Below, piece after piece: positions 40,122 through 50,315 of a stretch of DNA of 64,000 nt. The translations under genes were made by a program, and so were the position numbers. The DNA comes from Candidatus Krumholzibacteriia bacterium. GTDB taxonomy: Bacteria > Krumholzibacteriota > Krumholzibacteriia > WVZY01. How positions within the stretch are numbered: the stretch's first letter is position 1; the number at the start of each line of letters is the position of its first letter. Location: contig JBHHVD010000002.1 of the NCBI GenBank assembly GCA_046754105.1, forward strand, positions 7,551 to 71,550. The letters are read 5' to 3'. The notes under the pieces are model-generated. The model was not told the origin of the DNA and ran no database searches. It saw nothing but the letters and a program-made list of their open reading frames with translations.

Positions 40122-42749
40122 TCAGCGAGGTGGAGCCAGGGAGTCCTTGAGACCCTGCAAGAACTTCATGGCGTCCAGGGGGGTGGAACCATCGATGTCA
40201 AAATCGCGAATACGGCCCGCCAGGTCATCGGAGGGTACTCCGGTGGCGGGCGGCCGCGCGTTCGACGGCGCTCCGAACAGCGGTATCTGGCCCTGGTGAC
40301 GCGCGTCATGCGACAACCCCTGCCGCAGCAGGTCCCGCCGCAGTTCGAGCGAGTGCAGGATTTCCTCCGCACGCTTGAGCACCGCCGCCGGCAACCCGGC
40401 AACCCGTGCCGCGTGGATTCCGTAGCTCCGGTCGCTGGTACCGGTGACGATCTTGCGCAGAAACATGATGCCGCCCTCCCATTCCCGAATCGAGATCTTG
40501 AGATTGACCAGGCGCGGGTAGGTTCGGCGAAGTTGCGTCAACTCGTGGAAGTGGGTTGCAAAGAGCGTCTTGGGCCTCGCCTTGAAACCCTGCAGCAGGT
40601 ACTCGGTGACGGCCCACGCAATGCTGAGCCCGTCGTAGGTGCTTGTGCCCCTGCCCACCTCGTCCAGCAGCACCAGACTGCGGTCCGTCATATTGTCGAG
40701 AATGTAAGAGGTCTCCTTCATCTCGACGAGAAAGGTCGATTCCCCCCGGCTCAGACGCTCACCCGCTCCCACTCTCGTGAAGATCTGGTCGACCAGGCCG
40801 ATTCGCGCGCGTTGCGCAGGGACAAACGAGCCTGCCTGCGCCAATAACACGTTCAGCGCCACCTGGCGCAGAAACGTGCTCTTGCCGGACATGTTGGGCC
40901 CGGTGATCAGCGCGAACTGCCTGCGGTCCACATCGAGGTGGAGATCGTTGGGGACAAATGGCTCCTTGCCGACGTCCTCCAGAACCGGGTGGCGGCTGGC
41001 AACCAGTTCGATGACTTTCGATCCGTCGACCACCGGACGCCGCAGCGCGTGTCGTCGTGCCGCCGCCGCAATGGATTGAGCAACATCGATGCGCGCCACG
41101 GCGAGCGACGTTCTCAGCAGCGACGGCAGCGCGCCGGCAACCCGGGCACACAATTTCGAATAGTTCTCCTGCTCGCAGGCGATGCGTTTCTCTTCGCTCG
41201 CCAGGATCAGTTCCTCCCTGTCCTTGAGTTGCCGCGTGAAGTACCGCTCGGCGTTGACGAGCGTTTGCTTGCCGACGTAATCTTCCGGGACCGATTTGGC
41301 GTGCGCCTTGGACACCTCTATGAAATAGCCGAAGACTTTGTTGTACCCCACCTTCAACGTCGGGATCCCCGTACGTTGCCTCTCGCGTCGTTCGAGGTTT
41401 GCAATCCACACTTTCGCCGATTCACTGTCCTCGATCAGCGCGTCGAGGTCGGCGCTGAATCCTTTGCGAATGACACCACCGTCGCGCAGGTGCCCCGGCG
41501 GGTCCTCGACAATTGCCCTGCCAATCTCCCCGGCCAGCTCCTCGTGGTCACCGATGTCGCCGCCGTCCCGCCTCAACAGCACCGACTTCCTCCCCACCAC
41601 CGCCTCTTTCAATTCCGGGAGTCTCTCGAGCGATTCGCGCAAACTGTGAAATTCCCGCGGCACGGCCTTGCGCGAGGCGATACGTGTGGCGATGCGGGGC
41701 ATATCCTGTATGCCCTTGAGAACTGAGGAGAGAGTTTCTTGCAGGGAGGTGTCACCGTACACCTCTGAAACGGCATCCAGCCTCTCATCGATACTCTCCA
41801 CGTCGCAAAGTGGTCTCTGGAGACGGGACCGCAATTCCCTTGCCCCCATCGGCGTCGCGGTGCGGTCGACCAACCGTATGAGGGTGGCCTTGGCGTCCCC
41901 GCCGTAGAGCGGCTTGAAGATCTCCAGGTTGCGGATGGTTTCATCGTCCAGCGCCAGGAAATTCGTTGCGGCGAGTTGCCTCGCCTCCACGACCTGCGGC
42001 AGCGATCCGCCTTTGAGGGTGCGGCAGTGCGCGAGCAGCGCGCCCGAAGCGGTGCGGGCGAGTGGAAGCTGCTCGAGCGCCTCCACGTCTCCACGGCCGG
42101 CGAACTGCCCCTGCAACACAGCGGCTACAGAGTCGTCGTCAAAGAGCTCCGGTTCAACCTCCGTCGCGAACGGTTGCCCGATGACGTCCAGCAACGGCGC
42201 GAGCATATTCGGCGGGGTGCCTTTGCGGTACAGCACCTCCCGGATGTGCTTTCCCTGCAGGAGACGCTGCACGTGGAGGGCGTCTTCTTCGCCAAAGAAG
42301 AAATCTCCGGTGCTGACATCCACCAGCGAGATACCCGCCCGCGGGCCGTCGACCAGGACCAGAAGACAGTAGTTGTGTTCCTTCGCTTCGAGAAGCTTGC
42401 CGCTGAGCGACGTCCCCGGTGTCAACACTTCCACCACTTCGCGGCGTACCAACCCCTTCGCCTGTGCGGCGTCTTCGACCTGCTCGCAAATGGCGACGCT
42501 TCTCCCCGCCGAAAGCAGGCGTGTGATGTAGTTCTCCGCCGAATGAAACGGCACACCGGCAAGAGGCACCGGATTGGGCTTGTTCTTGTCTCGGGTGGTC
42601 AGAGCGATGTTGAGAATACGCGATATGTCAACTGCATCTTCGTAAAACGTTTCGTAGAAATCCCCAACACGGAACAGCAACACGCAATCGCCGTACTCGG
42701 ATTTGATATCTCTATACTGCGCCATGAGTGGCGAGGAATTATTTATCAT
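40122..42749 (-). CDS. mutS: DNA mismatch repair protein MutS
   Basis: PLMAQY, FRVGDFYE, ITGPNMSGKST, STFLVEM, LDEVGRGTST, THFHEL, SYGIHAA. Confidence 0.98.
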   Translation of the reverse strand: MINNSSPLMAQYRDIKSEYGDCVLLFRVGDFYETFYEDAVDISRILNIALTTRDKNKPNPVPLAGVPFHSAENYITRLLSAGRSVAICEQVEDAAQAKGLVRREVVEVLTPGTSLSGKLLEAKEHNYCLLVLVDGPRAGISLVDVSTGDFFFGEEDALHVQRLLQGKHIREVLYRKGTPPNMLAPLLDVIGQPFATEVEPELFDDDSVAAVLQGQFAGRGDVEALEQLPLARTASGALLAHCRTLKGGSLPQVVEARQLAATNFLALDDETIRNLEIFKPLYGGDAKATLIRLVDRTATPMGARELRSRLQRPLCDVESIDERLDAVSEVYGDTSLQETLSSVLKGIQDMPRIATRIASRKAVPREFHSLRESLERLPELKEAVVGRKSVLLRRDGGDIGDHEELAGEIGRAIVEDPPGHLRDGGVIRKGFSADLDALIEDSESAKVWIANLERRERQRTGIPTLKVGYNKVFGYFIEVSKAHAKSVPEDYVGKQTLVNAERYFTRQLKDREELILASEEKRIACEQENYSKLCARVAGALPSLLRTSLAVARIDVAQSIAAAARRHALRRPVVDGSKVIELVASRHPVLEDVGKEPFVPNDLHLDVDRRQFALITGPNMSGKSTFLRQVALNVLLAQAGSFVPAQRARIGLVDQIFTRVGAGERLSRGESTFLVEMKETSYILDNMTDRSLVLLDEVGRGTSTYDGLSIAWAVTEYLLQGFKARPKTLFATHFHELTQLRRTYPRLVNLKISIREWEGGIMFLRKIVTGTSDRSYGIHAARVAGLPAAVLKRAEEILHSLELRRDLLRQGLSHDARHQGQIPLFGAPSNARPPATGVPSDDLAGRIRDFDIDGSTPLDAMKFLQGLKDSLAPPR

Positions 42750-42750
42750 G

Positions 42751-43767
42751 TTATGGCAGGGGTAAGATAGATACCCGTTCATCAATCTTGGTGGCAATCT
42801 GTTCCGCTGTTCTCTCGGCGGCTTCTCGTGTCTCGAAATACCCGTACCGAACCCGGTGGATCTCCCTGTTGTTTACCAGCCCGCTGTCGACGCGGATGCC
42901 CGGCAGGTCCCTCTTGAGGCTCGCCGCCAGTTTGATCGCGTTCGTTCGGTCATGAAACGCGCCGAACTGGATCGTATAGCCCGCCTTTGGGCGTGTGCGC
43001 CCCTCGTCGGCTGCCTTCTCCTGGGAGCGATCGTCGAAGTGCTCCGTCATTCGCTCCAACTTCTGCCCGGCGAGCAGCGCCTCGGGCGTGTTCTTGAACT
43101 CCGCGATGACTTCTTCGAACGCCCTTCTGGCGTCTCGGCCGCTGCCCTGTTTTTCCAGGCACTCCGCGTACCGATACATCGCGGTCGGGCTGATCGCCGT
43201 GCGGGCGATCGCGCGGTACCTTCGGCATGCCTCCTCGACGTTGTGCGTGTTCATCTCGATATCGGCCAGGGATAGATAGGCCCACGGCCGGTACTTTCCG
43301 CGTCGCACGCGCTGCAGCGCGGTACGCGCCCTCGCGTAGCTCTTCGACATCACCGCCGACATGCCCTGAAAAAAGCAGGCCTCCTCGGAAACGCCGCAGG
43401 CTTGTGATGATTCGAGGATCTCGAACGCCTTGCCGTAGTTCCCGAGTGCGTATTGAATCTTGGCGAGCTCGACCCGGGCCGCGGCAGCCCATTCGCCCCC
43501 CGTATGGAGGCGTATGACTTCCTGGTAGATGATTTCGGCTTCCGACGCCGAACTCTTGAGACCGGCCAGCAGATACAGCGCTTCCTGCCGGCGCTCGCCG
43601 GAGAGCGTCTTCGCGATGTCCACCAGCTTGCTTTCCGCCAGGTCATAGCGCAGGCGCGTGATATCCCGTCTCGCGCTCTGGATACTCGCCGCTACCGCGG
43701 AATCGGCGAACCAGGCCGGCACGAGGACGTGCGCGGCGCACAGCGCTACAATGACTCTACGTTTCAT
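42751..43767 (-). CDS. Secreted TPR + SPOR-domain protein
   Basis: Signal peptide, TPR helices, C-terminal YTIQFGAF..NA..HRVRYGYF SPOR signature. Confidence 0.85.
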   Translation of the reverse strand: MKRRVIVALCAAHVLVPAWFADSAVAASIQSARRDITRLRYDLAESKLVDIAKTLSGERRQEALYLLAGLKSSASEAEIIYQEVIRLHTGGEWAAAARVELAKIQYALGNYGKAFEILESSQACGVSEEACFFQGMSAVMSKSYARARTALQRVRRGKYRPWAYLSLADIEMNTHNVEEACRRYRAIARTAISPTAMYRYAECLEKQGSGRDARRAFEEVIAEFKNTPEALLAGQKLERMTEHFDDRSQEKAADEGRTRPKAGYTIQFGAFHDRTNAIKLAASLKRDLPGIRVDSGLVNNREIHRVRYGYFETREAAERTAEQIATKIDERVSILPLP

Positions 43768-44908
43768 TGTTGGAGGAGAAAGAATCGAAGCTGTTGCAGT
43801 TCGGGCAATGCCAGCGCATGGTAGCGGATTGATACTCGCACCGGTTGCAGGAGTACTGGCGCGCGTGCGATACCTCTCGTATCGACTTGTCCAGAAAGCC
43901 CTCGACGGTCTCGGCGTCACGAAGCCGGCTGTAGAACGACGTCAACATCAGGGAGGCGCGTATCGATTGTGGGCGCGCCGCGACGTAGCTCTCCAGCAGC
44001 TCGATGGCCTCCTCCCCCCTTCCCTGCTTCTTGTAGAAACGCGCGAGCGCGAGATTCGCAGCTTCATCCTCGGCACGAGCCGACCTCACCTGGTCGTACA
44101 CCTTCTCGATCTCGCTGAAGCGGCCTTCGTCGAACAACGTGCTTTCCAGCTTCGGCAAGACCGCGCCCGAGAGCTCCGGCGAGAGCACGGCGACACGTTT
44201 CCAGTGGTCGATGGCGTTGTCGAGATCGTTTGAGTCTCTTGCGAGATCGCCGAGGGCCAACAGGCAGGGCGCGCACTCCGGGTCGTGCTTGAGCGCGCGC
44301 TGCAGGAGCTTCCTCGCCTCGCGCGGCTCGTTCTTTTCCACCAGGGTCTCCGCCGCCGACGTCAGGAAAAGGGCCAACTCGCGCTCCCCCACACCGCCGA
44401 GTTTGCGAGCCTCTCTGAGCACTTCGTATGCCTTTTCATCATCACCGGTCTCCCGATGGCGCGCGGCGAGAGTGAGGAGGACGTCTGGCTCCTTGATACC
44501 GAGGTTTCGCACCGCGGCGTCGAGCACGCGTATCGATTTCTCCGGACTGCCCATCCGCGCGTAATCTGCGGCCAGGTTCAAGTACAACTCGACCTTTTCA
44601 CTCTTCGAAAGGTCTGTCTTTACCGTCAGGCTTTGATGGATCTGTAACGCCTTCGAGACGTCACCACGGTCCCGCAGCAGTGAGCCCAGCTTGATATACG
44701 CGTCGGTGGGAGCGGTCCCGCCCTTCACCGATTCCTGCAGCCTCGCAAACGCCGCCTCACTGTCACCGTCTACAAGCAGTTTCAGTGCGTCGATATACGG
44801 GTCATGGCGGGCGGGTCCGCGGCGTCTGCCGCGGTAGACAAAGAAGAGGGCGCCGAGCACGGCAATCACGGCCGCGGCGAGAAGATAAAGATAAACGGGT
44901 ATGCCCAT
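43757..44908 (-). CDS. lapB: LPS assembly protein B (TPR + rubredoxin-like)
   Basis: N-terminal TM, LGSLLRDRGD..KALQIHQSL, C-terminal CNRC...WHCPNC. Confidence 0.88.
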   Translation of the reverse strand: MGIPVYLYLLAAAVIAVLGALFFVYRGRRRGPARHDPYIDALKLLVDGDSEAAFARLQESVKGGTAPTDAYIKLGSLLRDRGDVSKALQIHQSLTVKTDLSKSEKVELYLNLAADYARMGSPEKSIRVLDAAVRNLGIKEPDVLLTLAARHRETGDDEKAYEVLREARKLGGVGERELALFLTSAAETLVEKNEPREARKLLQRALKHDPECAPCLLALGDLARDSNDLDNAIDHWKRVAVLSPELSGAVLPKLESTLFDEGRFSEIEKVYDQVRSARAEDEAANLALARFYKKQGRGEEAIELLESYVAARPQSIRASLMLTSFYSRLRDAETVEGFLDKSIREVSHARQYSCNRCEYQSATMRWHCPNCNSFDSFSSNNET

Positions 44909-44923
44909 AAGCGTACGGGGGCC

Positions 44924-45250
44924 CTACAGGCTCATCGTCGATTCTTCGCCGCCGCTGTCGCCTTCCTCCAGCGGCAGATTGCGCAGCGCGGCGAGCTCGC
45001 GCTCGAGCCTGTAGACCTCTCTCTGTTTTTGACTCACCGTGTGCCGCAACTGAAATTCGCTGAAAATGAAGATGAGAAACGAGAAGACCATGCCGGCGGC
45101 AAATACGACGAGCAGCAGCAGGTTCAACGTCATCTGGGGAAACACCTTAGTGAAAAACGTGAAATCCACCCTCTGATCGGCATTGTTCATACCGATCCAC
45201 AGAAATGCGATCACGCCGACAAGGATTATCACGCTACGAATCAGCCACAC
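44924..45250 (-). CDS. lapA: LPS assembly protein A
   Basis: Two TM segments with N..V between them, ELAALRNLP tail; upstream of lapB, downstream of rpsA. Confidence 0.85.
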   Translation of the reverse strand: MWLIRSVIILVGVIAFLWIGMNNADQRVDFTFFTKVFPQMTLNLLLLVVFAAGMVFSFLIFIFSEFQLRHTVSQKQREVYRLERELAALRNLPLEEGDSGGEESTMSL

Positions 45251-45351
45251 GTCCGTTGCCTCCTTCGCTTTCGGGCTAGATCATGAGTCGTTTCGCCGTA
45301 CCGGTCAATCAAAATTCGGGCCAACAGAAGACACCAACGCCCGGCGATCTC

Positions 45352-45442
45352 AAAAAAAAGCCGTCTCCACCGAAGCCGGGAGCGCACTGGGCACCCCCCA
45401 TTGGGCTCGGATGGAGACAGCGGAAAAAAAGCCGGACTCGGC
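45352..45442 (-). terminator. Two tandem intrinsic terminators after rpsA
   Basis: Short GCCG/CGGC hairpin plus A7 (45424-45442) and long GCCGTCTCCA../..TGGAGACAGC hairpin plus A8 (45352-45421) on the + strand. Confidence 0.65.
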
Positions 45443-45447
45443 GTCTA

Positions 45448-47637
45448 TCAGGCTTCCTTCTCGTCCCCTTCGTCAGGGGCCTTCTCCGGCTCGGTGTCCC
45501 CTTCGCCACGGGCCTTCTCCAGCGCCGCGTCCCCTTCTTCGTCAGGGCCCTTCTCCCGTGCGGCGTCCTCCGCCTCTTCGGGTTCCGCAGGCGGCGCTGG
45601 CGAGTCCTCTGCAACCGCCGCGGCAAGAGATGGCTCCGTTGCCGGCCCTGCTTCGGGGGCCGGTGTCGCGACGGTCTCCTCACCGGCAACGACGGCTTTG
45701 GGAGCCGGCGCTTCGACCGCCTCCGCAACGGTGGTCTCCGACGCGGCGCCATCTCCCGCCCCGCCCGTAGACGTTCCATCGGTTTTGGCGCTGTCATCGT
45801 GGCCGGCAGCATCGGCCGCCCGTTGCTCGCTCGGCAGGGGTTCCTTGATCGGAAACCGCGCGTGAAACCCCTGGACCTCGTCGTCGTCCTTGCCTTTCAA
45901 GAAGGCCGCTATACTGAGGACGATGCGCTTGTTCTTCGGATCGATCTTGATCACCTTCAACGGTAGCCGATCTCCATCCGAGAAACAATCCTCTGGGTGC
46001 TTCAAATCCGGCTTGGCCATCTGCCCCACAGGTACGAAACCTTCGACGTCGGGGCGAAGCTCCACGACCGCTCCACGCTCCAGGATTCGAGTCACCGTGC
46101 CTTCCGCCACCGTGTCGATCGCGTAATCGATCGCGAGCGACTCCCACGGATTCTCGGACAGCTGTTTCATCCCCAGGCTGATGCGCTTCTTTTCCTGGCT
46201 GATGTCCAGCACGACTATCTGGATTTCATCGCCTTTCTTTACCATCTCGCTGGGATGCCGCACTCGTTTGGCCCACGACATGTCTGAAATGTGAAGCAAC
46301 CCGTCTATTCCGTCTTCGATCTCGACGAACGCGCCGAAGTTGGTCAGGTTGCGAACCTTGCCGTCGAGCAGCGTGCCGACAGGGTATTTCTTCTCTATCT
46401 GACTCCACGGATCGGGTTCAACCTGTTTGAGCCCAAGTGAGATTTTTTGGTGTTCCTTGTCAACCTTCAACACCATCGCCTCGACGGTTTCGCCGATCGA
46501 GAGCACCTTCGACGGGTGGCGGACGTGACGCGTCCAGGACATTTCCGATATGTGGATCAGTCCCTCCACGCCCCGCTCCAACTCGATGAACGCACCGTAG
46601 TCGGTAATGCTCACGACCTTGCCGTTCACCTTCTCGCCGACAATGTAGCGGTCCTCGACGCCGTCCCACGGGTGGGGCGTCAACTGCTTGAGACCGAGAG
46701 AGATCTTCTCCCGCTCCTTGTCAAAATCGAGGATCTTGACCTCGATCGTGTCACCGATCGACACGACCTCCGACGGGTGGCCGATCCGTCCCCACGTCAT
46801 ATCGGTCAGGTGCAGTAAACCGTCGATGCCACCGAGATCGACAAACGCGCCGAAGTCAGTGATGTTCTTGACGATGCCCTCGCGGACCTCTCCGTTTTCC
46901 AGTTCGCTGAGGAGCGTCTTCTTTTGAGCCTCCCGCTGCTGCTCCAGCACCGTGCGGCGGGAAATGACGATGTTCCGTCGTCGCTTGTTGATCTTTATAA
47001 TCTTGAATTGCAGGGTCTGGCCGATTAGATCGTCCAGGTTGGGTACCTGCCGCAGGGCGATCTGGCTGCCGGGCAGAAACGCGTCGACCCCCAGGAGATC
47101 GACGACCAGCCCTCCCTTGATGCGGCGCGACACACGGCCTTCCATTATCTGGGAGGCGTCGTGTCCGTTCTTGATTTCGTCCCATACCTTGAAGAAGTCG
47201 GCTTTTTCCTTGGAGAGGACGACGAGGCCGTCCTGGTTCTCCAGTTTCTCGAGGTACACGTCGATCTCGTCGCCGGTGTTGATCTGGGCAAAATCCCTGA
47301 ACTCGGAAACGGGTATCGTCCCCTCGCTCTTGAAACCAACGTCGACGATTATCTCGTTCTCCCGGATCTCGGTCACCGCGCCCTTTACGATTTGGCCCTC
47401 CTCGAAAATGTTTACCGTTTTCTCGAGTTCTTCACTGAGGGTTGCAATGGCCGTATCGTCGAACGGGTTGGCCTCGCGCTCGGCCTCTACCGCGTCCAGT
47501 TGCTCGAACTGCGCGTACACTGGCGAGCGGCGTGACGCCCCGCCCGAGTGTTTGCGGCCCGGCGTCTGTTCCGCGCCGCCGTTTGAGTTTGTGTCTTCTC
47601 CCGGCGTCTCTCTCGCGCCGAGCTGTCCGTCTACCAT
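45448..47637 (-). CDS. rpsA: 30S ribosomal protein S1 with long acidic C-terminal tail
   Basis: VDVGFKSEG, AFLPGSQ, repeated FGAFVxL..GxDGLxHISxMSW S1 domains. Confidence 0.98.
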   Translation of the reverse strand: MVDGQLGARETPGEDTNSNGGAEQTPGRKHSGGASRRSPVYAQFEQLDAVEAEREANPFDDTAIATLSEELEKTVNIFEEGQIVKGAVTEIRENEIIVDVGFKSEGTIPVSEFRDFAQINTGDEIDVYLEKLENQDGLVVLSKEKADFFKVWDEIKNGHDASQIMEGRVSRRIKGGLVVDLLGVDAFLPGSQIALRQVPNLDDLIGQTLQFKIIKINKRRRNIVISRRTVLEQQREAQKKTLLSELENGEVREGIVKNITDFGAFVDLGGIDGLLHLTDMTWGRIGHPSEVVSIGDTIEVKILDFDKEREKISLGLKQLTPHPWDGVEDRYIVGEKVNGKVVSITDYGAFIELERGVEGLIHISEMSWTRHVRHPSKVLSIGETVEAMVLKVDKEHQKISLGLKQVEPDPWSQIEKKYPVGTLLDGKVRNLTNFGAFVEIEDGIDGLLHISDMSWAKRVRHPSEMVKKGDEIQIVVLDISQEKKRISLGMKQLSENPWESLAIDYAIDTVAEGTVTRILERGAVVELRPDVEGFVPVGQMAKPDLKHPEDCFSDGDRLPLKVIKIDPKNKRIVLSIAAFLKGKDDDEVQGFHARFPIKEPLPSEQRAADAAGHDDSAKTDGTSTGGAGDGAASETTVAEAVEAPAPKAVVAGEETVATPAPEAGPATEPSLAAAVAEDSPAPPAEPEEAEDAAREKGPDEEGDAALEKARGEGDTEPEKAPDEGDEKEA

Positions 47638-47685
47638 GTGTAAATTCCCCCTTTATATGGATTTGTCAAAAAAATTGACCCGTGA

Positions 47686-47714
47686 ATGATACGGTCCGAA
47701 CGTGATAAATGCAA
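47686..47714 (-). promoter_or_regulatory. Putative rpsA promoter
   Basis: TTGCAT-17-TATCAT on the minus strand. Confidence 0.6.
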
Positions 47715-47770
47715 GCGGAAAGTCAATATAGCCGGCCCGCGCCCGCCTGGCGGCCCCCCCCTGGCGGCCG

Positions 47771-49159
47771 CTAGCAGGTCCCCGCCCCCGGCGGGCGCTG
47801 GTGCTCGTCCTGGAGCGCCTCGATCGCGCACATCACCATGGCCCCGAAGTCACGGTAGTGCTCCGGGTCCTGGTATTTCGACAGATCGGTGTCCGTCAGC
47901 CGCATGGGGCGGCCGTGGATGACTGTGAGATGAGGTTTTCGAAAGAGGGATCGTTTCAGACTCAACGTGCCGTCGACGTACATGGGGTAGACAGGTTTGC
48001 CCGACTTGAGAGCGAGGTAGCCCGCGCCCGCCTTGGGAGGCCGCAGCCGGGCGCTCCTCGATCGTCCGCCCTCTGGAAAGATGAGGATCGAGTGTCCCTG
48101 TTCCAGCAGATCGAGGAAGGTATCCAGTGCGGCGCGGTCGAACGCCCCGCGCCGGATCGGCACGGCGTTGACCTTCGATATCACCCACCCGAAAGGCCTG
48201 AACCGGAACAGCGCCCGCTTCGCCACAAAAAACAGGTTGCGCTGAATGGTCGAGCCGACGATCGGCGGATCACCATTCGAGCGGTGGTTGCAGGCATAGA
48301 TATAGTTTTCCGCGTATTGGCGATGATCCCTGTGCACCACGCGCATGCCCCAGAACACCTTCGCAATCAGAAAAAAGAACCATTGCCCGGCGCGCAGGGC
48401 CGGATTGCGCTTCCGCAGGAGCCGCACACGGCCTGGATTGTCCAGCAGGCCGACAATCCGCGCCGCCGCCACCTCTGCCGTCGCGACTACCTGTTCGATC
48501 TGTTCCTCGATCGTGAGGCGCGACGTGTCGACGATACGAGCGCCGATGGGGATTCTCAGGGGACTCAGCGAGCGGGTGCTGTCATAGTGATCCCGCGCTT
48601 GCAACTCCGAGCGCACTGCCTCGAGGGACGTCGCGGTGCCGCGCGCTTCGAGTTCGGCACGCCGGCGCGCGGCCCGCACGTCGATCGACGCGTCGAGGTA
48701 GATTTTAACGTGCGCGCTGGGCAACACGACGCTCCCGATGTCGCGTCCTTCGAGCACGACACCGCCCTGGTCCGAGAAAGCCCTCTGCCTCCGCACCATC
48801 GCGTGACGGACTTCCGCATGGGTGCTCACCAGTGACACCTGCCGCGTGATTTCCGGCGAGCGAATGGCCTGGGTAACATCCTCTCCGTCCATGACCACGG
48901 CCTGCCCCGCCTCACCATCCACGAAGTCGATGTCCGCGCCTGCGGCGACCCTTCCCACCGCCCCCGCGTTCCCGAGGTCCACACCCTCGCCCATCGCCTT
49001 CAAGGTTATGGCCCGGTACATCGCGCCGGTGTCCACGTGCCGTAAGCCCAGCCGGCGCGCGACGCCCCTCGCCGTCGTCGTCTTGCCGGAGGCGGACGGT
49101 CCGTCGATCGCGATGACCATTTCGCGCACGATGTCTTCTCTGGTTGTGGGAGGGCTCAT
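47771..49159 (-). CDS. cmk: Cytidylate kinase fused to 1-acyl-sn-glycerol-3-phosphate acyltransferase
   Basis: IAIDGPSASGKTT, DTGAMYR, EGRDIG; C-terminal NHRSNGD and FPEGGRS PlsC motifs in the same ORF. Confidence 0.92.
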   Translation of the reverse strand: MSPPTTREDIVREMVIAIDGPSASGKTTTARGVARRLGLRHVDTGAMYRAITLKAMGEGVDLGNAGAVGRVAAGADIDFVDGEAGQAVVMDGEDVTQAIRSPEITRQVSLVSTHAEVRHAMVRRQRAFSDQGGVVLEGRDIGSVVLPSAHVKIYLDASIDVRAARRRAELEARGTATSLEAVRSELQARDHYDSTRSLSPLRIPIGARIVDTSRLTIEEQIEQVVATAEVAAARIVGLLDNPGRVRLLRKRNPALRAGQWFFFLIAKVFWGMRVVHRDHRQYAENYIYACNHRSNGDPPIVGSTIQRNLFFVAKRALFRFRPFGWVISKVNAVPIRRGAFDRAALDTFLDLLEQGHSILIFPEGGRSRSARLRPPKAGAGYLALKSGKPVYPMYVDGTLSLKRSLFRKPHLTVIHGRPMRLTDTDLSKYQDPEHYRDFGAMVMCAIEALQDEHQRPPGAGTC

Positions 49160-49196
49160 ATCGACCGCCCGGTCTGCGGTAGCGCTCGCACCCCCA

Positions 49197-50315
49197 CTAC
49201 CGGTCCTGCGCGAGTAGGGCTTCGATCGCGTCCATGAAACGCGTATTTTCGTCGGGTGTCCCCATGTTGACGCGGAACGAGTTCTCCGGTGCTCCGAACG
49301 GAGCCATGGGACGAACGATGATGCCTTGTTCCTCGAGCCTTCCGCAAATATCCCCGGAAAAACTGTCGGGAACCACGAACAAGAAGTTTGTCTGGGACGC
49401 GGGACACGTGCAACCCAGGGAGAGAATTGCCTCGCGCATGCGCTGGCGCTCCGCGACGATCTCCGAGATCACACCGGATAGCTCAGCTCTGCAGTCGAGG
49501 GCGGTCATGGCTGCCGCCTGCGCGAGCCGGTTGACGTTGAACGGCTGCCGCATTTTGTGCAGGATACCCACTACCCGCGGGTCGGCCAGTGCGTAGCCGA
49601 TGCGCAGGCCGGCGAGCGAATAGAACTTTGAAAACGTCCGCAGGACAATCAGGTTCTCTTGCAGCCTGCGCAACGCGAGACTGTCCGGATAGTCGGGAGC
49701 CGTGACGAATTCATGATAGGCCTCGTCGAGAACGACCAGCGTGTGGTCGGGCACCTCCCGCAGGAAGGCCTCCACCTGCCGGGTGTCGTTATAGGTCGCC
49801 GTGGGGTTGTTCGGATTACAGATCCATACGATCCGCGTCTTGTCATTTATCGCCGCAGCCATCGCGGGCAGGTCATGCGTGTAATCCCGGCACGGCACTG
49901 CAACCCTGCCGACGCCGCACTGCTGGCAAACGAGATCGTAAATAAGGAAACTCAATTGTGAAAACACGCAATTCTCGCCGGTGTCGACGTAGGCGCGGAC
50001 CAGCAGGTCGAGGATCTCGTTGGTGCCGTTTGCAACAAACACTTCCTCCATCTCCACGCCGTGGGCCTTCGCTAGCTTTCGCGTGAGTTCGGGCGCACCG
50101 GACTCGGGGTAACGGTTACCGCTCTCGATCGCCTCTACGAGTGCCTGCTTGATCCTTGCGGCCGGTGGGTACGGGTTTTCGTTCGACGCCAGTTTGATGA
50201 CGGGCTGGCTGGACCTGCCCTCCCGCTGCGCCTGTTCGATCGGCTTTCCCGGTTTGTACGGAATGATGCCGCGGAGAAACGGCCTGGCCAGCTTGTCAAG
50301 ATCCACGTTCATCAC
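49197..50315 (-). CDS. hisC: Histidinol-phosphate aminotransferase
   Basis: KLASNENP, CNPNNPT, DEAYHEF, RTFSKFYSLAGLRIGY. Confidence 0.94.
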   Translation of the reverse strand: MMNVDLDKLARPFLRGIIPYKPGKPIEQAQREGRSSQPVIKLASNENPYPPAARIKQALVEAIESGNRYPESGAPELTRKLAKAHGVEMEEVFVANGTNEILDLLVRAYVDTGENCVFSQLSFLIYDLVCQQCGVGRVAVPCRDYTHDLPAMAAAINDKTRIVWICNPNNPTATYNDTRQVEAFLREVPDHTLVVLDEAYHEFVTAPDYPDSLALRRLQENLIVLRTFSKFYSLAGLRIGYALADPRVVGILHKMRQPFNVNRLAQAAAMTALDCRAELSGVISEIVAERQRMREAILSLGCTCPASQTNFLFVVPDSFSGDICGRLEEQGIIVRPMAPFGAPENSFRVNMGTPDENTRFMDAIEALLAQDR

